64,000 nt of DNA from Pseudomonadota bacterium (GTDB taxonomy: Bacteria; Pseudomonadota; Gammaproteobacteria; Burkholderiales; SG8-39): contig JANXRZ010000235.1 in the NCBI GenBank assembly GCA_025352885.1, forward strand, positions 1,856 to 65,855, given 5' to 3'. The notes below the pieces were generated by a model. The model did not search any database and had not been told where the DNA came from. It saw only the letters and a program-made list of their open reading frames with translations. The position numbers and the translations under genes are program-made. Shown here piece by piece: positions 27,372 through 40,963 of the stretch; position 1 is the stretch's first letter, and the number at the start of each line of letters is the position of its first letter.

Positions 27372-28033
27372 CCGCCCCGCTTTTGAGTGCGCACACCCTG
27401 TTCCGAGCCCAGCAGGAGCACATCTGCCGAGCGTCGAGCAAACAGACCGTTGGTAACAACCCCGGCGAGGTTGTTCAGTTCCGCCTCCAGCGCCGGCGGA
27501 TCCGCGATGGAAAGACCGTGGCAGTCGAGGATGAGATTGCCATTGTCAGTTTTGAAGTCCTCGCGCAGCACCGGCTGCCCGCCCAGCCTCAGTAGCGCCC
27601 TGCCGACGTAGCTTCTCGCCATCGGGATCACTTCGACCGGCAAGGGAAAGCGCCCGAGCACGGGCACGAACTTGGACGCGTCGCAGATGCAAACGAATTT
27701 TTGCGCAACGGCTGCGACTATCTTCTCGCGCGTGAGCGCCCCGCCGCCGCCCTTGATCATGTGAAGGTGCTCGGTAATCTCATCGGCCCCGTCGACGTAC
27801 ACCGGAATCTCGTCGACGGAATTCAGTTCGAACACGCGGATCCCGTGCCTTTTAAGTCTCTCGGCGCTCGCCTCCGAGGCGGCCACCGCACCCTCTATGC
27901 GCCCCTTGATGCCCGCGAGCGCATCGATGAACAGGTTGACCGTGGAACCTGAGCCGACCCCGACGACCGAATCTTCAACCACATGCTTGAGCGCTTCCCT
28001 TGCGACGAGCTGCTTGAGTTCGTCCTGGGTCAT
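27368..28033 (-). CDS. rpiA: Ribose-5-phosphate isomerase A
   Basis: [32 protein letters not shown]; ATGA overlap with lpdA stop. Confidence 0.96.
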   Translation of the reverse strand: MTQDELKQLVAREALKHVVEDSVVGVGSGSTVNLFIDALAGIKGRIEGAVAASEASAERLKRHGIRVFELNSVDEIPVYVDGADEITEHLHMIKGGGGALTREKIVAAVAQKFVCICDASKFVPVLGRFPLPVEVIPMARSYVGRALLRLGGQPVLREDFKTDNGNLILDCHGLSIADPPALEAELNNLAGVVTNGLFARRSADVLLLGSEQGVRTQKRGG

Positions 28034-29823
28034 TTCTTTTTGACGGGCGGCATGTCGGTGCAAACGCCTTCGTAGAGCTCGGCCGCCATGCCGACCGATT
28101 CGCCGAGCGTCGGGTGCGGGTGGATCGTCTTGCCGATGTCAACCGCGTCGGAGCCCATCTCGACGGCGAGGGCGAGCTCGCTGATGAGGTCGCCGGCGCC
28201 GGTGCCGACGATGCCGGCGCCGAGGATGCGGTGGCTTTCTGCGTCGAAGATGAGCTTGGTGAAGCCTTCGTCGCGGCCGTTGGCGATGGCTCGTCCTGAT
28301 GCCGCCCAGGGAAACTTGCCCACCCCCACCTTGATGCCCTGTTTTTTTGCGTCGTCTTCCGTCAATCCGACCCAGGCGACTTCGGGATCGGTGTAGGCCA
28401 CGCCGGGAATGACATTGGCATCGAAATGCGACTTGTGCCCCGCGGCGGCTTCGGCCGCCACGTGGCCCTCGTGCACCGCCTTGTGCGCCAGCATCGGCTG
28501 GCCGACGATATCGCCGATCGCAAAAATGTGCGGCACGTTGGTACGCATCTGCGAATCGACCGGGATATATCCGCGCTCGTTAACCGAAACGCCTGCCTTG
28601 TCTGCGCCGATCTTGTTGCCGTTCGGCGAGCGCCCGACCGAGACCAGCACGAGGTCGTAGGTTTGCGGCTCTTTCGGCGCCTTGTCGCCCTCGAACGAGG
28701 CCTTGATGCCCGCGGGAGTGGCCTCGACCTTGACCGTTTTCGTCTTGAGCATGACGTTGTCGAAGCGCGGAGCGTTGAATTTCTGCCAAACCGCGACGAG
28801 ATCCCGGTCCGGGCCTGCCATGAGCGAATCCATCATCTCGACCACATCGAGCCGTGCGCCGAGCGTCGAGTACACCGTACCCATCTCCAGGCCGATGATG
28901 CCGCCACCGATTACCAGCATCCTTTTCGGCACGCTCTTGAGCTCCAGCGCGCCGGTCGAATCAACGATGCGAGGGTCTTCCGGCAGGAAAGGCAACTTTG
29001 CCGCTTGTGATCCGGCCGCGATGATCGCGTTCGCGAAGCGCACGTGCTTGCGGCCCTCCGCGCCTTCGACGGCGAGCACGTTGGGCTCAATGAAGCTGCC
29101 GGTGCCGTGCACCACGGTGACCTTGCGCATTTTGGCCATGCCGGTGAGGCCGGTAGTCAGCTTGCCGACCACCTTTTCTTTCCAGCCACGCAGCTTGGCG
29201 AGGTCGACGGTGGGCTTGCCGAAAGAAATGCCGTGCTCGGTCATGTGTTCGGCTTCATCCATGACCGCCGCCACATGGAGCAGCGCCTTCGACGGAATGC
29301 AACCTACGTTGAGGCAGACGCCGCCCAGCGTCGCGTAGCGCTCGACCAGCACAACCTTCTTGCCGAGGTCGGCGGCTCGAAACGCGGCCGAGTAGCCGCC
29401 GGGCCCCGAGCCGAGCACGACGACGTCGCAGTCGAAGTCGGCCTTGATGCCTGAAGCTGCCGCCGCGGCCGGTGCAGGGGCTGCCGGCTGCGCCGGCGTC
29501 GGCGCTTTCTGGGCGGGGGCGGGCGCGGCCGCCGACTTTGAAATGTCAGTAGCCTGCCCGGAGACCGAGTCCTGGCGCGGGGCTTCCTCGGAAATTGTCA
29601 GTAGCAGGCTGCCTTCGGCCACCTTATCGCCGAGCTTGACCTTGATCTCCTTGACCACCCCGGCGGTGGGCGACGGAATCTCCATGGTCGCCTTGTCGGA
29701 CTCCACCGTGATCAGCGAAGTTTCCTTCTGGATCGTATCGCCCGGCTTCACCAGGATTTCGATGACGCCGACTTCCTTGAAGTCACCGATGTCGGGGACC
29801 TTGATTTCGGTGATCGTGGCCAT
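28030..29823 (-). CDS. lpdA: Dihydrolipoamide dehydrogenase with N-terminal lipoyl domain
   Basis: Lipoyl ESDKA, Pro/Ala linker, [24 protein letters not shown]. Confidence 0.96.
   Translation of the reverse strand: MATITEIKVPDIGDFKEVGVIEILVKPGDTIQKETSLITVESDKATMEIPSPTAGVVKEIKVKLGDKVAEGSLLLTISEEAPRQDSVSGQATDISKSAAAPAPAQKAPTPAQPAAPAPAAAAASGIKADFDCDVVVLGSGPGGYSAAFRAADLGKKVVLVERYATLGGVCLNVGCIPSKALLHVAAVMDEAEHMTEHGISFGKPTVDLAKLRGWKEKVVGKLTTGLTGMAKMRKVTVVHGTGSFIEPNVLAVEGAEGRKHVRFANAIIAAGSQAAKLPFLPEDPRIVDSTGALELKSVPKRMLVIGGGIIGLEMGTVYSTLGARLDVVEMMDSLMAGPDRDLVAVWQKFNAPRFDNVMLKTKTVKVEATPAGIKASFEGDKAPKEPQTYDLVLVSVGRSPNGNKIGADKAGVSVNERGYIPVDSQMRTNVPHIFAIGDIVGQPMLAHKAVHEGHVAAEAAAGHKSHFDANVIPGVAYTDPEVAWVGLTEDDAKKQGIKVGVGKFPWAASGRAIANGRDEGFTKLIFDAESHRILGAGIVGTGAGDLISELALAVEMGSDAVDIGKTIHPHPTLGESVGMAAELYEGVCTDMPPVKKK
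29611..29808. repeat. Lipoyl-domain coding duplication; second copy at 30943-31140
   Basis: Two colinear 198-bp segments encode near-identical [18 protein letters not shown]...[20 protein letters not shown]...GDKVAEG in lpdA and aceF. Confidence 0.85.
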
Positions 29824-31155
29824 CTAGAGCAGCGACCGGCGGATATCGGACAGGACCGACACGAGATAGGTCGTGAAGCGGGCGCCCGCGGCGCCGTCGA
29901 TGACGCGGTGATCGTAGGAGAGCGAAAGCGGCAGCACAAGGCGCGGCGCAAACTCTTTTCCGTTCCACACGGGCTTCATCACGGAACGCGACACGCCGAG
30001 TATCGCGACTTCGGGCGCGTTGATTATCGGCGTGAATAGCGTCCCGCCGATCCCGCCCAGGCTCGAGATGGAGAACGTGCCGCCCTGCATGTCGCCGGGC
30101 TTTAGCTTCTTGTCCTTGGCGAGCTTGGAGATGTCGGCTAGTTCCCTCGCGAGGTCGAACACGCCCTTGCGGTCGGCATCGCGGACGACAGGCACCACGA
30201 GCCCTTCCGGCGTATCCACCGCCACGCCGATATGGAAATACTTCTTCAGCACGAGGTTCTCGCCCGACTTGTCCAGGGACGAGTTGAATTCCGGGAACTG
30301 GCGCAGCGCCGTGACGCTGGCCTTGATCAGGAAGGCGAGCATCGTAAGCTTGAAGCCTTCCTTCTCCGTCACCGCCGTATTGGACTTGCGGAAGGACTCG
30401 AGCTCGGTGATGTCGGCTTCGTCGAACTGGGTGATGTGCGGGATCGAGATCCAGTTGCGATGCAGGAACGCGCCCGAGATCTTCTTGATGCGCGAGAGCG
30501 GCTTGGTTTCGACCGGGCCGAACTTGGCGAAGTCGACGGTTGCGAGCTCGGGCAATCCGAACGGCAGCCCGCCGGCAGCCGCCGCCGGTGCGCCTACGGG
30601 CTTCGCGCCGGCGAGCACGACTTTGACGAAGGCCTGCACGTCCTCGCGGGTGACGCGGCCCTTGGGCCCCGAGCCTTTGACCTTGCCGAGATCCACGCCG
30701 AGTTCGCGCGCGAACGCCCGGATAGACGGGCTTGCATGCGGCTTGGAAACGGTGGCTTCCTGCGGCTCGGCCGGCACGGGGTCGGGCTTCGCGACCTGCT
30801 TCGGCTCGGCCGGCGTGGGTGCCGGCGCGGTGACAGGCGCCGCCGCATCCGGCGCCGGCGCTGCTGGCGCAGGCGCCGGGGCAGCGGTCGTTGGCGCGGC
30901 CGCAGCACCGCCGGAGGCTTCCTCGAGCATCAAGATCAGCGAGCCTTCGGCGACCTTGTCGCCGACCTTGATCCTGATTTCCTTGACCACGCCAGCGGAA
31001 GGCGACGGGATTTCCATCGTCGCCTTGTCCGACTCCACGGTGATCAGCGAGGTTTCTTTCTCGACCCGGTCGCCCGGGGCGACCAGGATTTCGATCACGC
31101 CGACTTCCTTGAAGTCGCCGATGTCGGGGACTTTGACTTCGAGTGCACCAGCCAT
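29824..31155 (-). CDS. aceF: Pyruvate dehydrogenase E2 acetyltransferase, single lipoyl domain
   Basis: ESDKA, HASPSIR..ARELGVDL, LSLSYDHRVIDGA. Confidence 0.96.
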   Translation of the reverse strand: MAGALEVKVPDIGDFKEVGVIEILVAPGDRVEKETSLITVESDKATMEIPSPSAGVVKEIRIKVGDKVAEGSLILMLEEASGGAAAAPTTAAPAPAPAAPAPDAAAPVTAPAPTPAEPKQVAKPDPVPAEPQEATVSKPHASPSIRAFARELGVDLGKVKGSGPKGRVTREDVQAFVKVVLAGAKPVGAPAAAAGGLPFGLPELATVDFAKFGPVETKPLSRIKKISGAFLHRNWISIPHITQFDEADITELESFRKSNTAVTEKEGFKLTMLAFLIKASVTALRQFPEFNSSLDKSGENLVLKKYFHIGVAVDTPEGLVVPVVRDADRKGVFDLARELADISKLAKDKKLKPGDMQGGTFSISSLGGIGGTLFTPIINAPEVAILGVSRSVMKPVWNGKEFAPRLVLPLSLSYDHRVIDGAAGARFTTYLVSVLSDIRRSLL

Positions 31156-31193
31156 ATTCTGGGTACGCCTTTCTTCTCGGTGATCGCCGCCTT

Positions 31194-33878
<2,685 letters not shown>

Positions 33879-34034
33879 GACTCCTCCAGCTTGTGGCTTT
33901 GTGCGGTCGAACGGATTGCAGAAGCGGATTTCGTGAACCCGCGCGCGCGTTGGGAATTCCGTCGAAGCTTAATACGTTCACCTGACCCGCACAAACGCGC
34001 GCGGGCCGCTTATGCCCTAGCAGTCTTAGAGCGT

Positions 34035-34071
34035 ATTCCACATTATAAAATGTGATATCACATTATGCAAT
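34035..34071. promoter_or_regulatory. Tandem operator-like boxes in the aceE/folD divergent region
   Basis: ATTCCACATTATAAAAT (34035-34051) and ATATCACATTATGCAAT (34055-34071) repeat at 20 bp; they overlap the perfect palindrome AATGTGATATCACATT (34049-34064). Confidence 0.6.
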
Positions 34072-34119
34072 CGACCAAATGCTAAACTTCGGCCCCTTTT
34101 TCCCGCGACTCGCCCGCGC

Positions 34120-34974
34120 ATGAGCGCCCACATCATCGATGGAAAGGCGCATGCCGCCGCGCTGCGCGCCGAGCTGAAAATCCAGGCCGCCGCGCTATCG
34201 GCCAAGGGGCTGCAGCCCGGCTTGGCGGTCGTAATCGTTGGCGACGACCCAGCCTCGCGCACCTACGTTCGCAACAAGGTCCGGGCCTGCGAAGAGGCCG
34301 GCGTGTACTCGGAGACGCACCAATTACCCGCCGACACGCCTGAATCCGGCGTCCTCGCGCGTGTTCGCGAATTGAACAGCAATCCGCGCATTCACGGCGT
34401 CCTGGTGCAGTTGCCGCTCCCCGCTCACATCAACGAGCCGCGGGTGCTCGCTGAGGTTCTGCCGCAGAAGGATGTCGACGGGTTTCATGTACATAGCGCA
34501 GGGGCGCTGTTCGTCGGGGCGCCTCACTTTGTCCCTTGCACACCTGCCGGAATTATTTATCTGCTTGAAAAGGAAAGTATTTCAATCGCCGGGCGGCATG
34601 CGGTCGTGATCGGCCGAAGCAATATCGTCGGAAAACCCATCGCTCTCCTGCTATTGCAAAGGGACGCGACCATCACTATTTGCCACTCCAGAACGACGGA
34701 CTTGGGTGTCCACACCCGCAGTGCAGATATTCTGGTTGCCGCGGTCGGTCGATTGAATTTTGTGACCGCAGACATGGTCAAACCGGGTGCCTGCGTGATC
34801 GACGTGGGAACCAATCGCGCGCCGGACGGGAAGCTTTGCGGCGACGTGGACTACGAAACGGTAAAGAGCGTGGCCGGCAGCATTACCCCCGTTCCGGGTG
34901 GTGTCGGCCCGATGACAGTTGCCATGCTGGTCGCTAATACGCTCCGCGCGGCCGACCATCGAACACAGGATTGA
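34120..34974 (+). CDS. folD: Methylene-THF dehydrogenase/cyclohydrolase
   Basis: [42 protein letters not shown]. Confidence 0.97.
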   Translation: MSAHIIDGKAHAAALRAELKIQAAALSAKGLQPGLAVVIVGDDPASRTYVRNKVRACEEAGVYSETHQLPADTPESGVLARVRELNSNPRIHGVLVQLPLPAHINEPRVLAEVLPQKDVDGFHVHSAGALFVGAPHFVPCTPAGIIYLLEKESISIAGRHAVVIGRSNIVGKPIALLLLQRDATITICHSRTTDLGVHTRSADILVAAVGRLNFVTADMVKPGACVIDVGTNRAPDGKLCGDVDYETVKSVAGSITPVPGGVGPMTVAMLVANTLRAADHRTQD

Positions 34975-34975
34975 A

Positions 34976-37036
34976 ATGGAAAAGCTTGACTTGAACAACC
35001 CGTTACTCGATTTCTCTGGGCTTCCGCGATTCGCGGAACTCCGGCCTGCGCACGTAGCCCCCGCGATCGAGCAGTTGTTGAGTGAATCGCGCGCCGTGAT
35101 CGAAGCAATTTGTTCGGATGCGGTTCCGGCCACCTGGCCGGCTTTCGTGCTCCCGCTCGAGGACTCTACCGAGAGACTCGCGCGCGCCTGGGGGCAGGTG
35201 GAGCATCTGCACGCCGTACTCGACAGTCCGGAACTGAGGGCCGCGTACAATGAAACCCTGCCCAAAGTCACGCAGTTCTGGACCGAACTCGGACAGAACG
35301 AGCGCTTGTTCAAAAAGTATCGCGCCCTTCGCAGTTCCGTGGAGTTCGGCGCCTTGTCCCCTGCGCGCAAGCGCATGGTCGAGAACGCGCTCAGGGACTT
35401 TCGCCTGGGCGGAGCCGAACTGCCGGCTGGCCAAAAACCGCGCTACGCGGAGATCCAGGACGAGCAGGCTTCGCTATCAGCAAAGTTTTCTGAAAACGTA
35501 CTGGACGCCACAAATGCGTTTGCCTATGTTACGGAGGATCCCGGGCAACTCGCCGGCATCCCGGCAGACGCAGTTCAGGCCGCGCGCGAAGCGGCCGAGA
35601 AGGACGGAAAGGCCGGCTGGAAGTTAACTCTGCAGATGCCCTCTTACTTGCCAGTCATGCAGTACGCGGATGATCGCGCAATGCGCGAGACACTCTATCG
35701 TGCCAGCGCAACGCGCGCGTCCGAGTTTGGCAAGCCGGAATGGGACAACACCCAGCTGATCGCACGTATCCTTAAGCTTCGCAGGGAAGAAGCGAAAATG
35801 CTGGGCTACGCGAGTTTCGCCGAAGTCTCGCTGGTTCCGAAGATGGCGAAGAGTCCCGAAGAGGTCCTTGATTTTCTCCACGACCTCGCAAAGCGCGCCC
35901 GTCCGTTCGCAGAACGCGACCTCGCAGAACTGCGCGTGTTCGCCAAGGACGAGTTAAGCCTCTCGACGCTCGAGGCGTGGGACATGGCTTACGCCTCCGA
36001 GAAACTGCGCGCCGCTCGCTACGCTTTCTCAGACCAGGAACTCAAACAGTATTTTCCCGAAACGCAGGTCGTCACGGGAATGTTCAAGCTGGTCCAGACC
36101 TTGTACGGCATCACAATCGCCGAATCGTCGGCCCCGGTGTGGCATGAGACAGTACGGTTCTTCGATATCCGCTCGCGCGGCGGGGAGGTCATCGGGCAGT
36201 TTTACGTCGACCTCTACGCCCGCGACACAAAACGCAGTGGCGCCTGGATGGACGGGGCTATTACACGACGCAGAAGCGACACCGGCATCCAGACGCCGGT
36301 GGCTTACCTGAACTGCAATTTTTCGGCGCCAGTAGGCGGCAAGCCCGCATTGTTTACCCATGACGACGTCATAACGCTCTTTCATGAGTTTGGTCACGGG
36401 CTGCACCACCTGCTCACGGAAATTGAAGACCTTGGCGTGTCTGGCATCAACGGCGTCGAGTGGGATGCGGTGGAGTTGCCGAGCCAGTTCATGGAGAATT
36501 TCTGCTGGGAATGGGAAGTGCTGGAGCACATGACGAGCCACGTGGATAGCGGCGAGCCCTTGCCTCGCGCACTCTTCGACAAGATGCTCGCGGCCAAGAA
36601 CTTCCAGTCTGGGCTCGGTATGATGCGGCAGATCGAGTTTTCGCTCTTCGACATGCTCCTGCATTTCGATTTCGATCCCGAGTCGGGGCGAAGCGCCCAG
36701 GACGTGCTCGACGCGGTGCGCAAGGACGTCGCGGTTCTCATGCCGCCTGCCTACAATCGATTCCCGAATAACTTTTCGCATATCTTTGCCGGAGGCTACG
36801 CAGCCGGGTATTACAGCTACAAGTGGGCTGAAGTGCTCTCGGCCGATGCTTTCAGCGCATTCGAGGAAATGCGCGGCGGGCACAGTGTCCTCGACGAAGC
36901 GACCGGTGCGCGGTTCCGTGAAGAGGTGCTTGCCGTAGGGGGCAGCCGCCCTGCGGCTGAATCCTTCCGGGCTTTTCGTGGGCGCGATCCCCAGGTCGAT
37001 GCGCTGCTTCGGCACAACGGGATGATTTCAGCGTGA
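34976..37036 (+). CDS. prlC: Oligopeptidase A (M3 metallopeptidase)
   Basis: NPLL, HEFGH zinc motif, [29 protein letters not shown]. Confidence 0.95.
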   Translation: MEKLDLNNPLLDFSGLPRFAELRPAHVAPAIEQLLSESRAVIEAICSDAVPATWPAFVLPLEDSTERLARAWGQVEHLHAVLDSPELRAAYNETLPKVTQFWTELGQNERLFKKYRALRSSVEFGALSPARKRMVENALRDFRLGGAELPAGQKPRYAEIQDEQASLSAKFSENVLDATNAFAYVTEDPGQLAGIPADAVQAAREAAEKDGKAGWKLTLQMPSYLPVMQYADDRAMRETLYRASATRASEFGKPEWDNTQLIARILKLRREEAKMLGYASFAEVSLVPKMAKSPEEVLDFLHDLAKRARPFAERDLAELRVFAKDELSLSTLEAWDMAYASEKLRAARYAFSDQELKQYFPETQVVTGMFKLVQTLYGITIAESSAPVWHETVRFFDIRSRGGEVIGQFYVDLYARDTKRSGAWMDGAITRRRSDTGIQTPVAYLNCNFSAPVGGKPALFTHDDVITLFHEFGHGLHHLLTEIEDLGVSGINGVEWDAVELPSQFMENFCWEWEVLEHMTSHVDSGEPLPRALFDKMLAAKNFQSGLGMMRQIEFSLFDMLLHFDFDPESGRSAQDVLDAVRKDVAVLMPPAYNRFPNNFSHIFAGGYAAGYYSYKWAEVLSADAFSAFEEMRGGHSVLDEATGARFREEVLAVGGSRPAAESFRAFRGRDPQVDALLRHNGMISA

Positions 37037-37797
37037 GGCTGGCGACCTGGAACGTCAACTCGCTCAAGGTCCGCCTTCCCCATCTCACCGACTGGCTCAA
37101 GTCCGCGCAACCCGATGTCGTATGCCTGCAAGAAATCAAGCTCGAAGACGCGAAGTTCCCGCGCGCTGAACTGACAGCGGCCGGATACGGTGCGGTCTTC
37201 TCAGGACAGAAAACTTATAACGGAGTGGCTATTTTGGCCCGCACGCCGCTCGAGGATGTCCAAGTAGGGATCCCGGGTTTTGTTCACGAACATAAGAGAG
37301 TCATAGCTGCGACGATTGACGGCATGCGAGTCGTCTGCCTTTATGCGCCGAATGGCCAGGCCGTAGGGTCGGACAAGTTCGAGTACAAGCTTCAGTGGTA
37401 CGCGGCTCTTCGCGGGTGGCTGAAGGACGAACTTGTCCGCCATCCCAACCTTGCAGTGCTTGGCGACATGAACGTGGCCCCGGAAGACCGGGACGTGCAC
37501 GATCCAAAAGCATGGGAAGGCCAAATCCATGTCTCCGAACCCGAGCGAGCAGCTTTTCGCAGCCTGCTTGACGTCGGGCTAGCCGATTCGTTCCGCCTCT
37601 TCGAGCAGGCGGAGAAGGCTTTTTCCTGGTGGGACTATCGAATGATGGCGTTCCGCAGAAACGCAGGACTGCGCATCGACTTCGTTCTGTTATCGCAATC
37701 CCTGGTCACTCGGTGTACTAGCTGCAACATCGACAAAGCGCCTCGCAAGCTGGAGCGTCCAAGCGACCACACGCCGGTGGTCGTCGAGCTCTCCTGA
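37033..37797 (+). CDS. xth: Exodeoxyribonuclease III
   Basis: [39 protein letters not shown]. Confidence 0.95.
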   Translation: MRLATWNVNSLKVRLPHLTDWLKSAQPDVVCLQEIKLEDAKFPRAELTAAGYGAVFSGQKTYNGVAILARTPLEDVQVGIPGFVHEHKRVIAATIDGMRVVCLYAPNGQAVGSDKFEYKLQWYAALRGWLKDELVRHPNLAVLGDMNVAPEDRDVHDPKAWEGQIHVSEPERAAFRSLLDVGLADSFRLFEQAEKAFSWWDYRMMAFRRNAGLRIDFVLLSQSLVTRCTSCNIDKAPRKLERPSDHTPVVVELS

Positions 37798-37862
37798 CAT
37801 CGGCAGTAAGAAGACAGCGTGGTTGCTTAATCTTCGCGGATACTTGCTGACAATGCTCGAAC

Positions 37863-39455
37863 TCAGTTGATTGCCTCGTAAGCCGGCAGGGTAAGGAATT
37901 CAACGTAGTCCCCGGTGGTGAGCGTATCGAATAATTCGGCCGCTTCTTCATACCGCCCCGCTTGCCACGCTGAGTCGCCCAGGTAAGCCTTCACCTTTGG
38001 CAACTCCTCCGCGAGAAGCGCCCTGAACAGTTCGGTCGTGATCTTGCGGCCGTCATCAAGCCGGCCTTTTTCGCTGCGGATCCATTGCCAGATTTGGGAG
38101 CGCGAAATCTCCGCGGTGGCGGCATCTTCCATCAGGTTGAACACGGGCACGCATCCGTTCCCCGCAAGCCAGGCGCCCAAATACTGGATGCCGACCGAAA
38201 TGTTGTTGCGCAGCCCGGCTTCTGTGATCGGCGCTTCAGGTTTGAAGTCCAGCAACTCCTTTGCGGTGAAATTGACATCGGGCCGTTGCTTGTCGTACTG
38301 GTTCGGACCGGGCATATGCTTGTCGAAGACGGCCTTGGCGATCGGAACCAGCGCCGGATGCGCAACCCACGTGCCGTCGCAACCATCGGTCACTTCGCGC
38401 AATTTATCCTGCCGCACCTTCTCGAGCGCGGCTTCGTTTGCTACCGGATCGTTCTTGATTGGAATTTGGGCAGCCATGCCGCCCATGGCCGGGGCACCGC
38501 GCTTGTGGCAGGTCTTCACCAGCGTAAGGGCGTATGCACGCATGAAAGGCGCCGTCATCGTGACTTGCGAGCGGTCGGCGAGGCAAAACGCCTTGTTCGA
38601 GCGAAATTTCTTGATGCACGAAAAAATGTAATCCCAGCGGCCAATGTTGAGGCCGGCAGAGTGGTCCTTCAACTCCCAAAGGATTTCTTCCATCTCGAAA
38701 GCGGCAACGACCGTCTCGATGAGCACCGTTGCCCGAACGGATCCATGAGCGATGCCGAGGTGTACCTGGGCAGCCTTGAAGACGTCGTTCCATAACCTCG
38801 CTTCGAGGTGGGACTCCATCTTCGGCAGATAGTAGTAAGGACCGCTGCCCCTCTTGAGCAGTTCCTTGGCGTTATGAAAAAACAGCAGGGCGAAATCAAA
38901 AATCCCTCCCGAGACGGGCTTGCCATCGACGGTCACATGCTTTTCGTCGAGATGCCATCCGCGAGGACGTGGAAGGAGCACGGCCGTCTTCTCATTCAGC
39001 CTGTACTGCTTGCCGCCCTGATCCAATGAAATGGTGCGACGAACCGCATCGCGGATATTGATTTGACCGTCGATCATGTTGAACCATGTCGGGCAGTTGG
39101 CGTCCTCGAAGTCCGCCATGAACGTCGATGCGCCGCAATTGAGCGCGTTGATCACCATCTTGCGGTCGGTCGGGCCGGTGATTTCGACGCGACGGTCGAG
39201 CAGGTCGGCAGGCTGAACGGCAATCGACCACTCGCTTTCCCGGACCGCTTGCGTTTCTGCGAGAAAATTCGGAAGCAGACCCTTGTCGAATTCCTTTTGC
39301 CGCGTTGCGCGGCTCGCTAGCAACTCGCGCCGGCGCGAGTCGAAAGTGCGATGCAACATCGCCACCAAAACCAAGGCGTCATGCGTGAGAATCTCATCGA
39401 ATCCGGGAGATGGGGCCGCGTTAATCCGGACGCCGGGGGGGTAGGTGGTAGCCAT
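37863..39455 (-). CDS. aceB: Malate synthase A
   Basis: [51 protein letters not shown]. Confidence 0.96.
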   Translation of the reverse strand: MATTYPPGVRINAAPSPGFDEILTHDALVLVAMLHRTFDSRRRELLASRATRQKEFDKGLLPNFLAETQAVRESEWSIAVQPADLLDRRVEITGPTDRKMVINALNCGASTFMADFEDANCPTWFNMIDGQINIRDAVRRTISLDQGGKQYRLNEKTAVLLPRPRGWHLDEKHVTVDGKPVSGGIFDFALLFFHNAKELLKRGSGPYYYLPKMESHLEARLWNDVFKAAQVHLGIAHGSVRATVLIETVVAAFEMEEILWELKDHSAGLNIGRWDYIFSCIKKFRSNKAFCLADRSQVTMTAPFMRAYALTLVKTCHKRGAPAMGGMAAQIPIKNDPVANEAALEKVRQDKLREVTDGCDGTWVAHPALVPIAKAVFDKHMPGPNQYDKQRPDVNFTAKELLDFKPEAPITEAGLRNNISVGIQYLGAWLAGNGCVPVFNLMEDAATAEISRSQIWQWIRSEKGRLDDGRKITTELFRALLAEELPKVKAYLGDSAWQAGRYEEAAELFDTLTTGDYVEFLTLPAYEAIN

Positions 39456-39501
39456 TACTCAATCCTTATTGCTTTGCACAATAAGGTCGATTGTACCTCG
39501 T

Positions 39502-39518
39502 GATTCACATAGTGAAAC
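39502..39518. promoter_or_regulatory. Palindromic operator upstream of aceB (IclR-family-like)
   Basis: GATTCAC-ATA-GTGAAAC; related to the boxes upstream of aceE. Confidence 0.55.
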
Positions 39519-39534
39519 GCGCGCAGCCGGACTT

Positions 39535-40932
39535 TTAGGCGGCGTCTTTGTCCTCGATTCCCAATTCCTGGATCTTGCGGGTGATCGTATTCCGCCCCAT
39601 GCCCAACAAGGTTGCTGCTTCGATTCGCCTGCCACCAGTCCGCGCTAGAGCTTTGACGATCAGCGACTTTTCGAATTGCCGCCCCAAGAGGTCGAGGATC
39701 CCGCTTTCCCCGCGGCCAAGACGCCTTTCGACTTCGTTTTCCAGCGCCGAGACCCAGTCGGACGCGGCTGAAGTAACGGACTGCTCACGAAATTCAGCAG
39801 GTAAGTCCCCGACTTCGATGACCTGACCGGGAGCCATCACCGTCAGCCAATGGCACAAGTTCTCGAGCTGTCGCACGTTCCCGGGGAAGTCCAACCGCGA
39901 AATGTGGGCGACCACTTCGTCTGAGAGACGCTTGGGATCAACCCCGAGCTGGGTCGCACTATGAGCGAGGAAGTGGCGTGCGAGTAGCGGAATGTCTTCA
40001 CTACGCTCGCGCATGGCGGGCAGGCGGATGCGGATCACGTTAAGGCGGTGGTAGAGATCCTCGCGAAAACTACCTTCCCGTACCCGAGAGTCGAGGTCTT
40101 GGTGCGTGGCTGCAATCACCCGAACATTCGTCTTGATCTGCTGATGGCCGCCAACGCGATAAAAACTGCCATCGGAAAGAACGCGCAGGAGCCGCGTTTG
40201 CAAGTCGGCCGGCATGTCACCGATTTCGTCCAGGAAAAGGGTCCCGCCTTCGGCCTGCTCGAATCGGCCACGTCGCTGGGCTTGCGCGCCCGTGAAAGAT
40301 CCACGCTCGTGGCCGAACAGTTCCGACTCGAGCAGGTCTTTCGGCATGGCCGCAGTGTTGATGGCGACGAACGGCTTAGCCGAACGCGCACTATGACGGT
40401 GCAAGGCGCGAGCCACGAGCTCCTTCCCGGATCCGGACTCGCCGGTGATGAGTACGGTCGCGGCGGATTGCGACAGGCGTCCAATGGCGCGGAAGACTTC
40501 CTGCATGGCAGGCGCCTGGCCGAGGATTTCGGGCGCCCCCGGAACCGGCTCGAGCGCGGCCGCCTCCCTTTGGCTTTCGTCTAATGCACGACGAATAAGG
40601 TCGACTGCCTGATCGACATCGAACGGCTTGGGCAGGTATTCATAGGCGCCTCCTTGGAAGGCCGCCACGGCTGACTCCAAATCCGAATAGGCAGTCATGA
40701 CGATTACCGGTACGGCCGGGTGACGCTCCTTGACGGTCTGGAGGAGTTGCAGCCCTGAAGGTCCTGGCATACGGATGTCGGAAACCAGCACCTGTGGCGG
40801 CCCATTGCTCAACGCATCGAGAGCGTCAGATGCGGAGGGAAACGAAAGGAACTCGATGCCTTCGCGCGCCAAGGCCTTTTCGAACACCCATCGGATTGAA
40901 CGGTCATCATCGACGATCCAGACTGGTTTCAT
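39535..40932 (-). CDS. ntrC: Nitrogen regulation response regulator NR(I)
   Basis: WIVDDD.SIRWV receiver, GESGSGKELVA, ESELFGHERGSFTGA, Fis-type HTH; downstream of ntrB. Confidence 0.96.
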   Translation of the reverse strand: MKPVWIVDDDRSIRWVFEKALAREGIEFLSFPSASDALDALSNGPPQVLVSDIRMPGPSGLQLLQTVKERHPAVPVIVMTAYSDLESAVAAFQGGAYEYLPKPFDVDQAVDLIRRALDESQREAAALEPVPGAPEILGQAPAMQEVFRAIGRLSQSAATVLITGESGSGKELVARALHRHSARSAKPFVAINTAAMPKDLLESELFGHERGSFTGAQAQRRGRFEQAEGGTLFLDEIGDMPADLQTRLLRVLSDGSFYRVGGHQQIKTNVRVIAATHQDLDSRVREGSFREDLYHRLNVIRIRLPAMRERSEDIPLLARHFLAHSATQLGVDPKRLSDEVVAHISRLDFPGNVRQLENLCHWLTVMAPGQVIEVGDLPAEFREQSVTSAASDWVSALENEVERRLGRGESGILDLLGRQFEKSLIVKALARTGGRRIEAATLLGMGRNTITRKIQELGIEDKDAA

Positions 40933-40963
40933 TGGCTTCCAGCTTGATGCCGCGCGTCGGGAA

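Noticed and set aside
28030-29823. Lipoyl domain fused to E3 as a novelty
   Set aside because: Known architecture in Betaproteobacteria such as Neisseria and Cupriavidus; kept only as a repeat feature
37863-39455. Malate synthase without adjacent isocitrate lyase
   Set aside because: aceA and aceB are often unlinked in Betaproteobacteria
39535-40932. GSFTGA instead of GAFTGA in NtrC
   Set aside because: Common functional variant; a sigma54 promoter and NtrC sites are present at glnA
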